Shown here one piece after another: positions 1-10,628 of a stretch of DNA of 64,000 nucleotides. A program made the translations under genes and the position numbers. Below the pieces are notes generated by a model. The model searched no databases. It was not told where the DNA came from and saw only the letters and a list, made by a program, of their open reading frames with translations. How positions within the stretch are numbered: the stretch's first letter is position 1; every line of letters starts with the position of its first letter. The stretch is from Candidatus Cloacimonadales bacterium (GTDB lineage: Bacteria; Cloacimonadota; Cloacimonadia; Cloacimonadales; JAIOQZ01), in NCBI GenBank assembly GCA_963674825.1, contig OY771587.1, positions 2,432,001 through 2,496,000 on the forward strand, given 5' to 3'.

Positions 1-87
1 TTGGGCATCCGCCGGGAGCGCATTCGTCAGATCAAACAGAAGGCAATGCGAAGGCTCCGGCTGTCCGTCGAAGCGGAAGGTTATTAG
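1..87 (+). CDS. 3' fragment of an RNA polymerase sigma-70 family factor (region 4.2 HTH), truncated by the window edge
   Basis: Frame +1 reads LGIRRERIRQIKQKAMRRLRLSVEAEGY*, matching the RERIRQIExKALRKLR motif of RpoD/RpoS-like region 4. Its stop overlaps the phoU stop convergently. Confidence 0.8.
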   Translation: MGIRRERIRQIKQKAMRRLRLSVEAEGY

Positions 88-746
88 AACGCTCCGTGTC
101 GGACGATCTTACCATTTACCATGTAGATGGTGTCTTCGGCGATATTGGTCGCCAGATCTCCGATGCGCTCGAAGTATCTGAAGATATTGATGTAGCGTAG
201 CAGAACACCGATGTAGGTCGGGCTCTTTGTCATCTCGTTCTTCAGATAGCTGATCATGCTGCGTACCATATCGTCCAGTTGATCGTCCATCTTACAGACT
301 TCCGCTGCAAGCTTTTCGTCCTGGTTGAACATCGCGTCCAGGCTCATACGCACCATTTCCAGGGATTTGGATGAAATCTCTTCGAAGGTGAAGTGCGGAT
401 TGAGCTCCGGCTTTGGATATTCGCTCATGAAGATCGCGTTTTTCGACAGGTTGACCGCCATATCGCCCATACGCTCGAGGTCATTGTTGATCTTGAGCAT
501 GCCGACAATGAGGCGAAGGTCGTTCGCCACCGGCTGATAAAGCGCAAACATCTTGAGGCAATCTTCTTCGATCTCCACTTCGCGTCGATCGATTTCGTTA
601 TCTTTGTGAATTATCTCCTGTGCAAGCTCGCTGTCGCGCGTTTCGATAGCCTTTGTGGCTTCTTTCAGCATCGATTCTACTGACATTGCCAGGGACATGA
701 TATTTTTCTTTAGGTCCTCGATTTCTCTCCAAAGGTGAATCATCAT
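84..746 (-). CDS. phoU: Phosphate signalling complex protein PhoU
   Basis: Two PhoU repeats (QPVANDLR...DLERMGD; FERIGDLATNIAE); last gene of the pst operon. Confidence 0.97.
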   Translation of the reverse strand: MMIHLWREIEDLKKNIMSLAMSVESMLKEATKAIETRDSELAQEIIHKDNEIDRREVEIEEDCLKMFALYQPVANDLRLIVGMLKINNDLERMGDMAVNLSKNAIFMSEYPKPELNPHFTFEEISSKSLEMVRMSLDAMFNQDEKLAAEVCKMDDQLDDMVRSMISYLKNEMTKSPTYIGVLLRYINIFRYFERIGDLATNIAEDTIYMVNGKIVRHGAF

Positions 747-757
747 TACTCCCTTAT

Positions 758-1579
758 TTATCCGAAACGACCCGTAATATAGTCTTCCGTCTTCTGTTTT
801 CTCGGTTTTCTGAATAGCAACGACGTATCGGAGAATTCGATCAGGTCGCCCTCGTAAAAGAAGGCTGTATAATCGGAAACCCTGGCAGCCTGCTGCATGT
901 TGTGGGTCACGATGATAATCGTGTAGTTGTGGACCAGCTCGTCAATCAAATCTTCGATCTTGAGCGTTGCTTGCGGATCGAGCGCTGAGGTGGGTTCGTC
1001 CATCAGCAGGATTTCGGGATTCGCGGCAAGCGCCCGTGCGATGCAGAGTCGCTGCTGCTGTCCGCCGGAAAGGCCCAGCGCGTTCTTGTCGAGGCGGTCT
1101 TTTACTTCGTCCCAAATCGCTGCCTTGCGCAGGCAGGTCTCAACGACTTCATCGAGTTTCTTCTTGTTTCGTACACCCTGAAGGCGCTGACTGAAGATGA
1201 TGTTCTCGTAGATCGATTTCGGGAAAGGATTCGGTTTCTGGAAAACCATTCCGATACGCTTCCGAAGGGTAACCACGTCGATGCGCGGATCGTGGATGTC
1301 CTGATCTTCGAAGACCATCTTGCCTTTATTGTGGCAAATGGGAATGAGATCGTTCATGCGGTTCAGTGCTCGAAGATAGGTACTTTTACCGCAGCCACTG
1401 GGGCCGATGATCGCGGTGACCTTCTTCTGCGGGACGTTCATGGAGACCTTCTTCACGGCCTCGTGGTTTCCGTAAAAGATCGAGAAATCTTCCGAATATA
1501 TATGAGCCTGCTCCCTTGGGATCAGGGTTCCCTCGATCGCGGGGTATGTTTTCCCGTTTTCGGTGGTGATGATGTTCAT
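758..1579 (-). CDS. pstB: Phosphate ABC transporter ATP-binding protein PstB
   Basis: GPSGCGKST Walker [27 protein letters not shown]-terminal [10 protein letters not shown]. Confidence 0.98.
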   Translation of the reverse strand: MNIITTENGKTYPAIEGTLIPREQAHIYSEDFSIFYGNHEAVKKVSMNVPQKKVTAIIGPSGCGKSTYLRALNRMNDLIPICHNKGKMVFEDQDIHDPRIDVVTLRKRIGMVFQKPNPFPKSIYENIIFSQRLQGVRNKKKLDEVVETCLRKAAIWDEVKDRLDKNALGLSGGQQQRLCIARALAANPEILLMDEPTSALDPQATLKIEDLIDELVHNYTIIIVTHNMQQAARVSDYTAFFYEGDLIEFSDTSLLFRKPRKQKTEDYITGRFG

Positions 1580-1583
1580 TTCA

Positions 1584-2945
1584 TTAACCTCGCAGTTTCT
1601 TTGAAATACGCGCCCTGAGGATAATAGCGAAAAGATTCAGAGTTAGAACCAGCAATATCAGGGTGAGAACCATTCCATATTGTACGTGGCGAATCTCGTC
1701 CACAGCTTCGTGTTCCGTCGCCAGATTGTAGATATTCCAGGAAAGCGCTGGTGTACCGTTGTTGAAGACTTCAAAGAGCTTCAATGGTTTACCGACGCTG
1801 ACCGCTGCCGTGAAAATAATCGGCGCGGTTTCACCCGCCGCACGGCCCATGCTGATCACGATACCGGTGAGAATTCCGGGAAGCGCTGCTGGCAAAATCA
1901 CTTTGAGCACAGTTCCCCACTTGGTAGCGCCCAAGCTTAGCGCGGCTTCCTTGTAGGTATGCGGTACGGACCGGATCGCTTCTTCCGCTGCGCGGATAAT
2001 GGTCGGAAGGATCAGAATCGCCAGGGTCATCGATCCGGCAAGCACGCTTTTATTGCTGGAAACGTGCATTGTGTTGATGAAAAATGCCAGTCCGAACAGG
2101 CCGAACACGATGCTGGGTACGCCGGCAAGCGTACTGATACAGGTTCGGAGCAGGCTAACGAACTTACCTTCTTTGGCAAACTCTGCCAGGAAAATTGCTA
2201 CGATGATTCCCAACGGCACGGCAAAGAGCATTGAACCAAGTGTCAGGTAAAATGTACCGAGCACCTCGGGCCAGATTCCGCCAAAGAAATGGGAATCACG
2301 CGATTCGTCGAACAGAAAACGCCAGTAACAAGTCAAACGCGGATTGAGGATGTCCTTGATGATGGTCTCGAACCAGGGAAAAAATTCTTCCATGGACGTA
2401 CCCTTGAAGTCATCCGTGCGCGAAACCTGTCGCAGACGTCCTTCTTCGTTTCCACTTTCGCCATAATACCACTCTTCGCGGTTCATGACAAGGCCAACCA
2501 GCAACTTGGTGCGCCCATCCCATCGGGTCCTGCCGTAATTGTCGCTGGGCAATACGGAATGGGGTTCGGTGCCGGGCTGAGGGCCGAGTAATTTATAGAG
2601 ATTTTCTTCGATCTCTTCCAGGTCATTATTGAAATCCCGACGCTCCGCGTAGGAGTACTCGGGCAGTTCGTTTTCCCGGAAGTAGGCAATTTTATCATAG
2701 ATCGGCTTTGCCATCTTCCGGCTACGCTCCACTTCCTCGTGGATTTTTGCAGCGTTACCTCTTCCAAAGGTGTCCAGCTGGAACCTGCGAAACTCTACGG
2801 TTCCCTGGAAGAAGAACGCGCTGGAACCCTTGATGAATATCGGAACCAGAAGCACCAGCAGCGCAAGCGCCATAAAGAAAATTGATATGAAGCCGAAGCC
2901 TGTGAAGGAGCGATCTAGAATCTTGCGTGTTCTCAGATGTGCCAT
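1584..2945 (-). CDS. pstA: Phosphate ABC transporter permease PstA with a large soluble insertion after TM1
   Basis: [33 protein letters not shown] motifs; operon position. Confidence 0.95.
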   Translation of the reverse strand: MAHLRTRKILDRSFTGFGFISIFFMALALLVLLVPIFIKGSSAFFFQGTVEFRRFQLDTFGRGNAAKIHEEVERSRKMAKPIYDKIAYFRENELPEYSYAERRDFNNDLEEIEENLYKLLGPQPGTEPHSVLPSDNYGRTRWDGRTKLLVGLVMNREEWYYGESGNEEGRLRQVSRTDDFKGTSMEEFFPWFETIIKDILNPRLTCYWRFLFDESRDSHFFGGIWPEVLGTFYLTLGSMLFAVPLGIIVAIFLAEFAKEGKFVSLLRTCISTLAGVPSIVFGLFGLAFFINTMHVSSNKSVLAGSMTLAILILPTIIRAAEEAIRSVPHTYKEAALSLGATKWGTVLKVILPAALPGILTGIVISMGRAAGETAPIIFTAAVSVGKPLKLFEVFNNGTPALSWNIYNLATEHEAVDEIRHVQYGMVLTLILLVLTLNLFAIILRARISKKLRG

Positions 2946-2946
2946 G

Positions 2947-4104
2947 TCAGCTCCCCTTCAGTTTCTTGCGGGAGCGTACGACGATCCATTCGCTGACCAG
3001 GTTGCTTACAAACGAGAATACGAGCAGGCAAAGACCCATCGCGAAGAGAACGTGGAATCTGGCGGAACCGGTCGATTGATCGGCCTCACCCATGTCTCCT
3101 GCGATGGTCGCTGTCAGGGTACGGATGGGCTCAAACAGGTTGTAGAACGGCTCGGGAATCTGTGCCGCGTTTCCGGACGCCATCCAAACCACCATGGTTT
3201 CGCCAAGCGCACGCATCGTTCCAAGGATGACAGCCGCGATGATGCCACTGCTTGCCGCAGGGAGCACCACCTTCAGCAGAGTTTCCGCACGGGTCGCTCC
3301 GAGTGCATAGCTGCCTTCCCGGAGATCGCGACCAACCGCCTGAAGTGCGTCTTCGGAAACACTGACGATTGTGGGCAATGCCATGATGCCGAGGATCACT
3401 GAAACGTTCAGAGCGTTAGTTCCACTGGAAATCTGGATTGCGCTGGCTTTGGAACTCAGATAATAAAGAATCCCGATTACTACAATTTCAAATAACGCAA
3501 GCACAGTAAGGTAAATTGATTTCTTAAGGCCGTATTTCGTTTGCACAATATCCGAAACCATGAAAACAACGATGGTCAGGATGGGCAACCCTACTGCCCA
3601 GATGGCCACTGCGAGGAAGTTTCCGCCGTGGTTCTGGAGCATCGGCGCGAAAATCACCAGCGCGAAGAATCCGTAAACGACCGACGGGATTGCAGCCAGA
3701 ATTTCAATCACTGGCTTGACCATCTGCCGGATATTGAACGGCATCACGTCGCTGAGGGAGATTGCTGCCGCCACACCCAGCGGCACGCTGACAATCACTG
3801 CTCCAAGCGTCACAATGGCCGATCCGAAAAAGATCGCCAGTGCTCCGAATTTGCCGGGATCATGCGATGGATACCAGGCTGTGCTGGTAAAAAACTCTTT
3901 GAAGCCCTCGATTTGGAAGAACGGTATGGCATCCCGTGCGATTACATAGATAATAAAAAAGAGGGTGAGCATCGTCACGGATGCGACCACAAAAAGAAAT
4001 CCATGAGCGAGGTTAGAGGCCAACCTGCGAAGCAGGCTGGCTCTCTCGCTCATTAAAAGGGAGCTTTTTGTACCGTTCTGGGATGGTACGGTTTTATTCT
4101 CCAT
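2947..4104 (-). CDS. pstC: Phosphate ABC transporter permease PstC
   Basis: ILAAIPSVVYGFF, EGSYALGATRAET, MRALGETMVV motifs. Confidence 0.95.
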   Translation of the reverse strand: MENKTVPSQNGTKSSLLMSERASLLRRLASNLAHGFLFVVASVTMLTLFFIIYVIARDAIPFFQIEGFKEFFTSTAWYPSHDPGKFGALAIFFGSAIVTLGAVIVSVPLGVAAAISLSDVMPFNIRQMVKPVIEILAAIPSVVYGFFALVIFAPMLQNHGGNFLAVAIWAVGLPILTIVVFMVSDIVQTKYGLKKSIYLTVLALFEIVVIGILYYLSSKASAIQISSGTNALNVSVILGIMALPTIVSVSEDALQAVGRDLREGSYALGATRAETLLKVVLPAASSGIIAAVILGTMRALGETMVVWMASGNAAQIPEPFYNLFEPIRTLTATIAGDMGEADQSTGSARFHVLFAMGLCLLVFSFVSNLVSEWIVVRSRKKLKGS

Positions 4105-4128
4105 GATTCTCTTCAGAGTATCTCGGGG

Positions 4129-4953
4129 TTATTTATAGGATGTGACCGGAATATAGCCGATCGACTCGATCATTTTCTGTCCTTCTTCGGTCAGATAGAT
4201 ATTTATAAACTTGTAGACCCATGAGCCCATCTTGGGGTAGCCGTTGGTGAACATGAAAAGCGGGCGAGCGATTGGGTAGTCGCCGAGAGCAATGGTCTTT
4301 GCGGAAACTTCGATTCCGTTGACGGTAAGAGCCTTGACGGTGCGATCGACGAAGCCGAGTCCAACGTATCCGATTGCGCCTTTGGTGCTCTGTACGCGCT
4401 GACGAGCCTGACCGTTACTTCCTACGTATTCTGCGCCATCCGCGATCTTTTCTTTCTTCATAACAAGGCCTTCAAATGTTTCGTAGGTACCGCTGTTGGT
4501 GTCACGGCTGATCACAACGATATCGACGTTCGGACCACCGAGGTCTTTCCAGTTCTTGATCTTGCCCATGTAGATGTCGCGAATCTGATCGATCGTCAAG
4601 TTCTTTACAGGATTACTGGGATGTACAATCATAGCGATGCCGTCGAGTGCGACAACGTGAGCTACCGGAGTAACGCCTTTCTCAACGCAGCTGGCAAATT
4701 CTTTGTCTTTCATGAAGCGGGACATATTTGCGATATCGCAGGTGCTGTTCATAAGGCTCTTTGCGCCGTTACCACTACCGGATTCGCTGACTTCGACGTT
4801 CACTTCGGGATACATTTTCATGTAATATTCGGCAAAAGCTTTCGCGATCGGGCCGACTGTTGTGGAACCATCAAGCTTAATGCTTTCTTTTGCGGACAGA
4901 GAGAAAATCGCGAGCATCACAAGGATCGCAATCATCAAACCTTTCGAATTCAT
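4129..4953 (-). CDS. pstS: Phosphate ABC transporter substrate-binding protein PstS
   Basis: Signal peptide; DGSTTV, GSGNG, SRDTNSGT and YPIARPLF motifs. Confidence 0.95.
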   Translation of the reverse strand: MNSKGLMIAILVMLAIFSLSAKESIKLDGSTTVGPIAKAFAEYYMKMYPEVNVEVSESGSGNGAKSLMNSTCDIANMSRFMKDKEFASCVEKGVTPVAHVVALDGIAMIVHPSNPVKNLTIDQIRDIYMGKIKNWKDLGGPNVDIVVISRDTNSGTYETFEGLVMKKEKIADGAEYVGSNGQARQRVQSTKGAIGYVGLGFVDRTVKALTVNGIEVSAKTIALGDYPIARPLFMFTNGYPKMGSWVYKFINIYLTEEGQKMIESIGYIPVTSYK

Positions 4954-5011
4954 TTTTCCTCCGAATCATCTGTTTTTTTGTGTAGAAATTTTACACACAG
5001 ATACGCTTGCA

Positions 5012-5042
5012 GGGTGAATTCAGTATAAGGTTGACGTTAACA
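5012..5042 (-). promoter_or_regulatory. Possible degenerate Pho box upstream of pstS
   Basis: On the minus strand TTAAC, CTTAT and TTCAC recur at 11-nt spacing, upstream of a TAAAAT -10-like hexamer. The match is weak and rests mainly on position. Confidence 0.3.
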
Positions 5043-5100
5043 CAAAACTAACAATAGGCAGTAGCGTAACTTTAGGACTCAAATGAGTTTAAGTAACCAT

Positions 5101-5134
5101 TCCAGCCCTTCCCCGGCAAAGGAGAAGGGCTGGA
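5101..5134 (-). terminator. GC-rich hairpin after the C25 gene, probable terminator
   Basis: TCCAGCCCTTC...GAAGGGCTGGA inverted repeat about 10 nt past the stop; the U-tract is weak. Confidence 0.6.
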
Positions 5135-5143
5135 GATGGTATA

Positions 5144-8100
5144 TTATTTCAGCAGCAACATTTTGCGGATCTGTTCTTTGCCATCTGCCGTCATGCGGCT
5201 GAAGTAGATACCGCTTGCAACCGGCTTGCCGGCGTCGTTATAAGAATTCCAAACGATTTGATGCTGGCCTGCATCGAAGCGATCACTCACCAGACGTTTG
5301 ACACGCTGTCCGCGAATGTTGTAGATATCGATTGTAACGAGCGAAGTATTTTTGATCGAGAAGGGGATGATCGTCTCTGGATTAAACGGATTGGGGAAGT
5401 TCTGCCCGAGAGCTGTCACATATACCGGAACATCGTTATTCGGATTTTCGAGAACACCGGAATAGACCTGGGCGGTGTTTCCGAATGCGCTTTCGCTGCT
5501 ATCGGTTGCTCGCGTCACTACATAGTAATTGTAGTGGTAGGGTACAGGACTGTCGTCAGTAAACGTAGTACCAGTAGCCGATTCAATCAGCTGATAGGGC
5601 TGCTCGAGGTCGGAGCGGCGATAGATATTATAGTGAGTGCCTTCCGATTCAGATTCATCCCATGAAAGCTGGATATTCTGATTGCCCATATAAGCAGCCG
5701 AGAGGTTTTCCGGTGGAAGAAGCGCGGCATCCATCTCGGTGATGGCGATATTATCGATGTACCAGCCTTCGTATGTGGTACCGACATCGGTACCGAAGAC
5801 GAAGCGGAATTTGACTGTCTCGCCCAAACCACTAAGGTCGAAGTACGCTGTCTCCCAATTGATATTGCCAGAATAGAATGGTGTTTCATAGTCAAACTGA
5901 GAGGACGTACCGCGAGAGAGATATGGGTATCCACCAACAGGGTCGATCTGCGTCCATACACCGTCGATGAGAACCTGGATAAAACCACCGTCGTAAGCGA
6001 ATCCAGGATAGCTCGACGCAGATTCCGCTTCCATCCAGTGACGGAAAGTCAGGCAGCAGTTATCGGTTATGTTCATCTCAGGAGATTCGAGTGCGCAAAG
6101 CGAATCATCGTAGTAATCGTTCGGTCCAGGGCCTCCGCACTTCCAGGAAGTCACCGGTGAGAAACAGCGGCTGGTGTTCAATCCCCACATGTCGTAATTT
6201 TCGTTCATGACATAATGTGTCCAGTCACCGGCACCAAGCTCCACATTATCGAAGAAGCCGACGTTGAAGTTATACTGGCTCAGGGAATAGACACCAATCG
6301 CATCAGATAGAGTCACGTTTACGCGGAAGTGGTTGATTTCGGGGCAATCCTCACTCACCGTAAACTGGAAGCAAGATTCCAGTTCCGTGCTTTGGTTGGG
6401 AGCCAGAAGCTCAATCTCGATCCCACTTTCGTTGATTGTGATGTATTCGTCGCTGCATGCGAGCAAGCCTTCCACTGTGTAGCCTGGAAGTGAGCCGGTG
6501 TTGGTTACCATCATGCTGAATGAGCCGCTCTCACCGGGTTCGAGCATACCATCACCGGATGCGTCAATGAGGTTGAAGCTTTCGATGGAGAATTCCGGTG
6601 CTCGGCAGGTGAAGCTGAACTCGCGTTCGAACACATCTTCGCCGCAAGTAATTTCAATACCGAACTCGATCTCTTCATCATCCGGGCAATAAGGATCTAC
6701 CTTAATCACGAATGGCTGAGCATTGTTTTGCACTCCACCGCTTACGATCTCCGGATAATCGGATGTTCCTTGAAGAATCGTCACATGCTGGTTCTCGGAT
6801 GAGATAACGGTCGCTACATCGCTTGCTGTCTGCGTGCCGGTATTTTCCACACCGACATAGAACTCGATCTGGGTACCGCAATCGATGAGATCGTCCATGT
6901 TGGAATCGATGACATCAACGTCACTCACACGCAGGAAAATATCCTGAGCTCCAGCGAAACGTGTTGTGAAAAGGATTGCTGAGTGATCGGTAATCGTCTT
7001 CGCTCCAGGATAATAGATATTATTATAGGTATATTCGAGACCGTCGTCAGAGTCATGGTTTTCGAGCCCGACAGTACAATAATTGCCGTGCTCGGGCCAG
7101 TAGGAACTCGAACTTCCCTGATTCACATTGTTGAAATCGTTGTACTGGATCTTGATCATACCATCGCCGGTGGATGTGGGATAGTATTCAGGATCGTAGA
7201 GGATGATCTCGAATGTTTCGTAGGAGCTATTGTAACGATTCCTGCATTCGGACCATTCGATAACGTAGTAATGCTCGTTGCTGTTGAACCATGTATAGAT
7301 GCCTTCACCATAGTAGGTCATAAGGTCGTCCCAAAAGGCTGCAACCATCGCGCGCGGACCAAGCGGGCCGGGCACATGCCAGTTACGGAAGGTGGACATC
7401 TGAGTCTCGATAAACGAAATCCAGCCGTTGCTGCTGATACTGATTGAGCTGTAGATTTCGCCATAGAACTTGAAATTGAATGGGAGATCGAAGCTATCTA
7501 CGTCGTCATTGTTTTCGCCGGCATCAGAAAGGCCGGTGTTGGTTCCCGATCCCCCATCGCTTGGATTGATTTCAATCCATTCGTAAGTTGGGAACTCTTC
7601 ATAATTTACATCGCCTTCATCGAAGCAGAAATATCCGTAATTATCCGGTCCGAGGGGATCGGTTATCGTTTTCGTTCCGATGGTAAAGCTGATAATCTCG
7701 CTTTCGGAGTATCCATCCTCGTTCCAGATATCGAGCTGGAATTTCGCTGTCATTCCGGGAACGGAAATAGAGACGGCATTGATTGTGAATTTATCCGTAA
7801 GACAGGTTGCAGACTGTCCGATAGCGATATCGCCGAAGGTCGCGGTCGAATCGCTGACTCCAACGAATGCCATCAGTGGGGTAAGACGAGCCTTGACAGC
7901 CGTGAGATCTACGTTGCCGTTATTGGCCAGTGTAATGCTAAGATCGGCACTTTCGCCGGGGTCCAGCACATCGTTACCGCTGATGTCGTAATCGATGACA
8001 TCCAGATCGCTGCCCTGTACGATGAGCTCGTAATGGCATTGCCAGTTGCCGAGTGACGTTGCGACATTCAGTTCAAGGTCGATAACGTGATGATCCGGGC

Positions 8101-10360
8101 AGTCGAGCCCGATGGCGATTTCAAAATCGTCGAGACAGGTTCCTGCTCCGTTGCTCTCAATGTTGCTAAAAGTTTCCTGATTGTCGATCACGGTAACATA
8201 CGGATCTTCGCAGATCAATGTCGCGGTAATGTTTTCGGCGGTTTCGCCGAGATAGTTCATCAGGATAGGCAGGAGTTCGAGTGTTTCACCGGAGTTGGGG
8301 TCGCCGTTGCCATTACCCTGCGAGTCATTTTGGTTATCATCGTCGATCGTGAGGTCGTATATACCGACCATCTCACTACTTCCGATGTTGAACGATTCAA
8401 TAACGGGAATGTGCTGCGGTTTGGTTGCCGTGACATCGATGGTGCCATCAGCGGTTGGATCGAAATAGAGCCGCACGTAGCCAGACGCATCGGTGTAGCC
8501 TGTTGCGAAAAGTGTTTCGTTATCACTTGCATCGGTTTGGCGGATGGTGACCCAAACATCTTCCACACCGCTTCCGCTACCATCCACAGCCTGGATTTGA
8601 ATGGAATTGCTACCGGTAGGAAGCTCGGAATCATAGTTGAGACTGAACTGTTTCGGCGTGGCTTTCCAAACATCGAGTGACGGATCGCCCATCTGATTAC
8701 ACCAGTGCGAGAAGCTATTCACGAAGGTCTGGAAGCTTCCGGAATATGACTTGTGCAGGTTGACTTTTCCTCTGACAAGCGCTTCACCCATCGTGTTCAT
8801 TCCCTGCATGTAAAGACCGTACCAGATACCCCCGTGGAGGCAGTTATTGAACATGGTGTGCGTACCGTTTGTCGCCATGCCGATCGCACTGATAGCACCC
8901 TTGGGAGAGGCGGAAGTACCACAGCGCAGCAGGGCTTCGGTACGGCTCTCATAGCTGCCGTTAAAAGTCCCTGTATTACAGGTGATGATGGATGTATTGG
9001 CGAGATGCAAGCCGTTATCGAGGTTGTTGATATCGGTAGTATCCCAGCCGTTGAGTTCACCGATACCACGATAACTGAACACCACACAGCCTTCATTGTA
9101 AGCGTTACTGAGAAGCGAAGGATTCGGGCTGTTCTGGTGGACGACGGTGAAAGTATGGTCCGGATCGTACCAGAGGATCGATTCGCGAACAAATTCATTT
9201 GTGTAATAGGTTGAGATTCCTGAGGATGCCGTATCGCTGATCATGGCTGAATGGTTATACCAGCCCATATCGGTAGTGAATGGCATAATCTCATAGTTGA
9301 CGATCTTGCTCCAAATTGTGAGCAGGTCGTCCGTAGAGCCCACAGAAATACGTCCAACGAAAGCATCAGGGATTAGATCTCCGCCAACGAGTGTAGCATA
9401 TGGGTTATCGCCGCAGCCCTGATAACCGGAGTATGTCTCGGTCCAGGTGGGAACATTGAGCGAGCCACTTGTGTCGCCAACAATGATCAGGTACTCGGGG
9501 GGATTCTCCCACGTGTCGTAGGCATCTTGTATGTAGTTCTTGATATTCGTATTACTTGCGTAGCTGAGGTCGTCAGTGTTAAGGTAATTTACTTCGAATC
9601 CTTTCATCCGCTTCCAGTCGCCAAGATTGTGTGCAAAGTCAATCGCGCTGGTGACATCGGGATGGATGATCAGGATCGAACGGGCCTGATATTCTACTTC
9701 GTCGCGCTCGTAATTAATGAACAGGGAGCTATAAAGCGTCTCGAAGCTGCGGGAACGTTTATGGTTTCCGCGTATCTCGTTGATGCCCTCAGTTCCGTCG
9801 GTGACAACCTCAACATCGATATTGCTGCGAGTAACAAGCTCCTGGGTGGTGGGGTTGTAAGCATAGGGGTAGATCGTGAGAATCACAAAACGTTCATCGC
9901 GAAGCACTTCCGGATCGCTTAGTTCAGCTACGTTCGCCGGATAAAGGCCGCTGATTTTATAGTTCAGGCTGGCGTGACGGGTCTGGTTTCCGCTTATATC
10001 GACACCTGTTGCGGCTGGGATGCGAACACCGGCTGTGGTTTGGATGTCATATCCGTTTACACGCAGGGTGACACCTCCGGTAGCCGGAACCGACAGCATC
10101 GTCGTATAATACGGCAATGCCGGCATACCATCATCTATAATCATGCTGACATTTTCACCGGTGAGAAGCTGGGCAGCTTCGCCTGAGACCGATATCTCGT
10201 TCAGCTCGCACTGCGGCTGTTCGAAGCGCAACGAAACGTGTCCCTCGTTCTGCTGAGTAATATCAAAGAGTTGGAACTCGGCAGGCCTGATTTCCGATTG
10301 GATTGAGAACAGTACGCTACTCAGTAACAGCAGCATTAGCGCATAGAATAAATTCTTCAT
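5144..10360 (-). CDS. Secreted C25-family (gingipain-like) protein: propeptide, C25 domain, Ig-like/beta-sandwich repeats, FN3-like domain and FlgD-Ig/T9SS-type C-terminal sorting domain
   Basis: Signal peptide; WKRMKGFEV, PEYLIIVGD, FVGRIS, MGDPSL C25 motifs; repeated G-x-(L/P)-x-PGE segments; C-terminal NFPNPFNP...SGIYF...RKMLLLK. Confidence 0.9.
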   Translation of the reverse strand: MKNLFYALMLLLLSSVLFSIQSEIRPAEFQLFDITQQNEGHVSLRFEQPQCELNEISVSGEAAQLLTGENVSMIIDDGMPALPYYTTMLSVPATGGVTLRVNGYDIQTTAGVRIPAATGVDISGNQTRHASLNYKISGLYPANVAELSDPEVLRDERFVILTIYPYAYNPTTQELVTRSNIDVEVVTDGTEGINEIRGNHKRSRSFETLYSSLFINYERDEVEYQARSILIIHPDVTSAIDFAHNLGDWKRMKGFEVNYLNTDDLSYASNTNIKNYIQDAYDTWENPPEYLIIVGDTSGSLNVPTWTETYSGYQGCGDNPYATLVGGDLIPDAFVGRISVGSTDDLLTIWSKIVNYEIMPFTTDMGWYNHSAMISDTASSGISTYYTNEFVRESILWYDPDHTFTVVHQNSPNPSLLSNAYNEGCVVFSYRGIGELNGWDTTDINNLDNGLHLANTSIITCNTGTFNGSYESRTEALLRCGTSASPKGAISAIGMATNGTHTMFNNCLHGGIWYGLYMQGMNTMGEALVRGKVNLHKSYSGSFQTFVNSFSHWCNQMGDPSLDVWKATPKQFSLNYDSELPTGSNSIQIQAVDGSGSGVEDVWVTIRQTDASDNETLFATGYTDASGYVRLYFDPTADGTIDVTATKPQHIPVIESFNIGSSEMVGIYDLTIDDDNQNDSQGNGNGDPNSGETLELLPILMNYLGETAENITATLICEDPYVTVIDNQETFSNIESNGAGTCLDDFEIAIGLDCPDHHVIDLELNVATSLGNWQCHYELIVQGSDLDVIDYDISGNDVLDPGESADLSITLANNGNVDLTAVKARLTPLMAFVGVSDSTATFGDIAIGQSATCLTDKFTINAVSISVPGMTAKFQLDIWNEDGYSESEIISFTIGTKTITDPLGPDNYGYFCFDEGDVNYEEFPTYEWIEINPSDGGSGTNTGLSDAGENNDDVDSFDLPFNFKFYGEIYSSISISSNGWISFIETQMSTFRNWHVPGPLGPRAMVAAFWDDLMTYYGEGIYTWFNSNEHYYVIEWSECRNRYNSSYETFEIILYDPEYYPTSTGDGMIKIQYNDFNNVNQGSSSSYWPEHGNYCTVGLENHDSDDGLEYTYNNIYYPGAKTITDHSAILFTTRFAGAQDIFLRVSDVDVIDSNMDDLIDCGTQIEFYVGVENTGTQTASDVATVISSENQHVTILQGTSDYPEIVSGGVQNNAQPFVIKVDPYCPDDEEIEFGIEITCGEDVFEREFSFTCRAPEFSIESFNLIDASGDGMLEPGESGSFSMMVTNTGSLPGYTVEGLLACSDEYITINESGIEIELLAPNQSTELESCFQFTVSEDCPEINHFRVNVTLSDAIGVYSLSQYNFNVGFFDNVELGAGDWTHYVMNENYDMWGLNTSRCFSPVTSWKCGGPGPNDYYDDSLCALESPEMNITDNCCLTFRHWMEAESASSYPGFAYDGGFIQVLIDGVWTQIDPVGGYPYLSRGTSSQFDYETPFYSGNINWETAYFDLSGLGETVKFRFVFGTDVGTTYEGWYIDNIAITEMDAALLPPENLSAAYMGNQNIQLSWDESESEGTHYNIYRRSDLEQPYQLIESATGTTFTDDSPVPYHYNYYVVTRATDSSESAFGNTAQVYSGVLENPNNDVPVYVTALGQNFPNPFNPETIIPFSIKNTSLVTIDIYNIRGQRVKRLVSDRFDAGQHQIVWNSYNDAGKPVASGIYFSRMTADGKEQIRKMLLLK

Positions 10361-10415
10361 AGTCTCTCCCTGTAAATCCGTAAGAATTTTTCTCAGATAA
10401 AATCAACAAGCAAGA

Positions 10416-10431
10416 TGCAATTAATGAACCA
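10416..10431 (-). promoter_or_regulatory. Candidate sigma54 (-24/-12) promoter for the C25 gene
   Basis: Minus strand TGGTTCATTAATTGCA has exact GG-N10-GC spacing with TTGCA, about 55 nt upstream of the ATG. Confidence 0.45.
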
Positions 10432-10578
10432 AAACTATTCTGAAATGCATCAACCCTTCATGGGCGTTTATGAATGATTCGATTGCAATGGGGAATGCAT
10501 CCACATGATTGAGGAACAAGGAGCCAGGGATTCCAGCAAGCGCGAAACGAAGTGATGAGCTTTGGCCCATTGGTAGAT

Positions 10579-10606
10579 AAAAAAAACCGGCCCATTGCGA
10601 GCCGGT
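10579..10606 (-). terminator. Rho-independent terminator downstream of cls and the TM1266-like gene
   Basis: Minus strand ACCGGCTC-GCAAT-GGGCCGGT followed by a T-run. Confidence 0.8.
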
Positions 10607-10628
10607 GTAAAGCTATTATTCGATTCGA

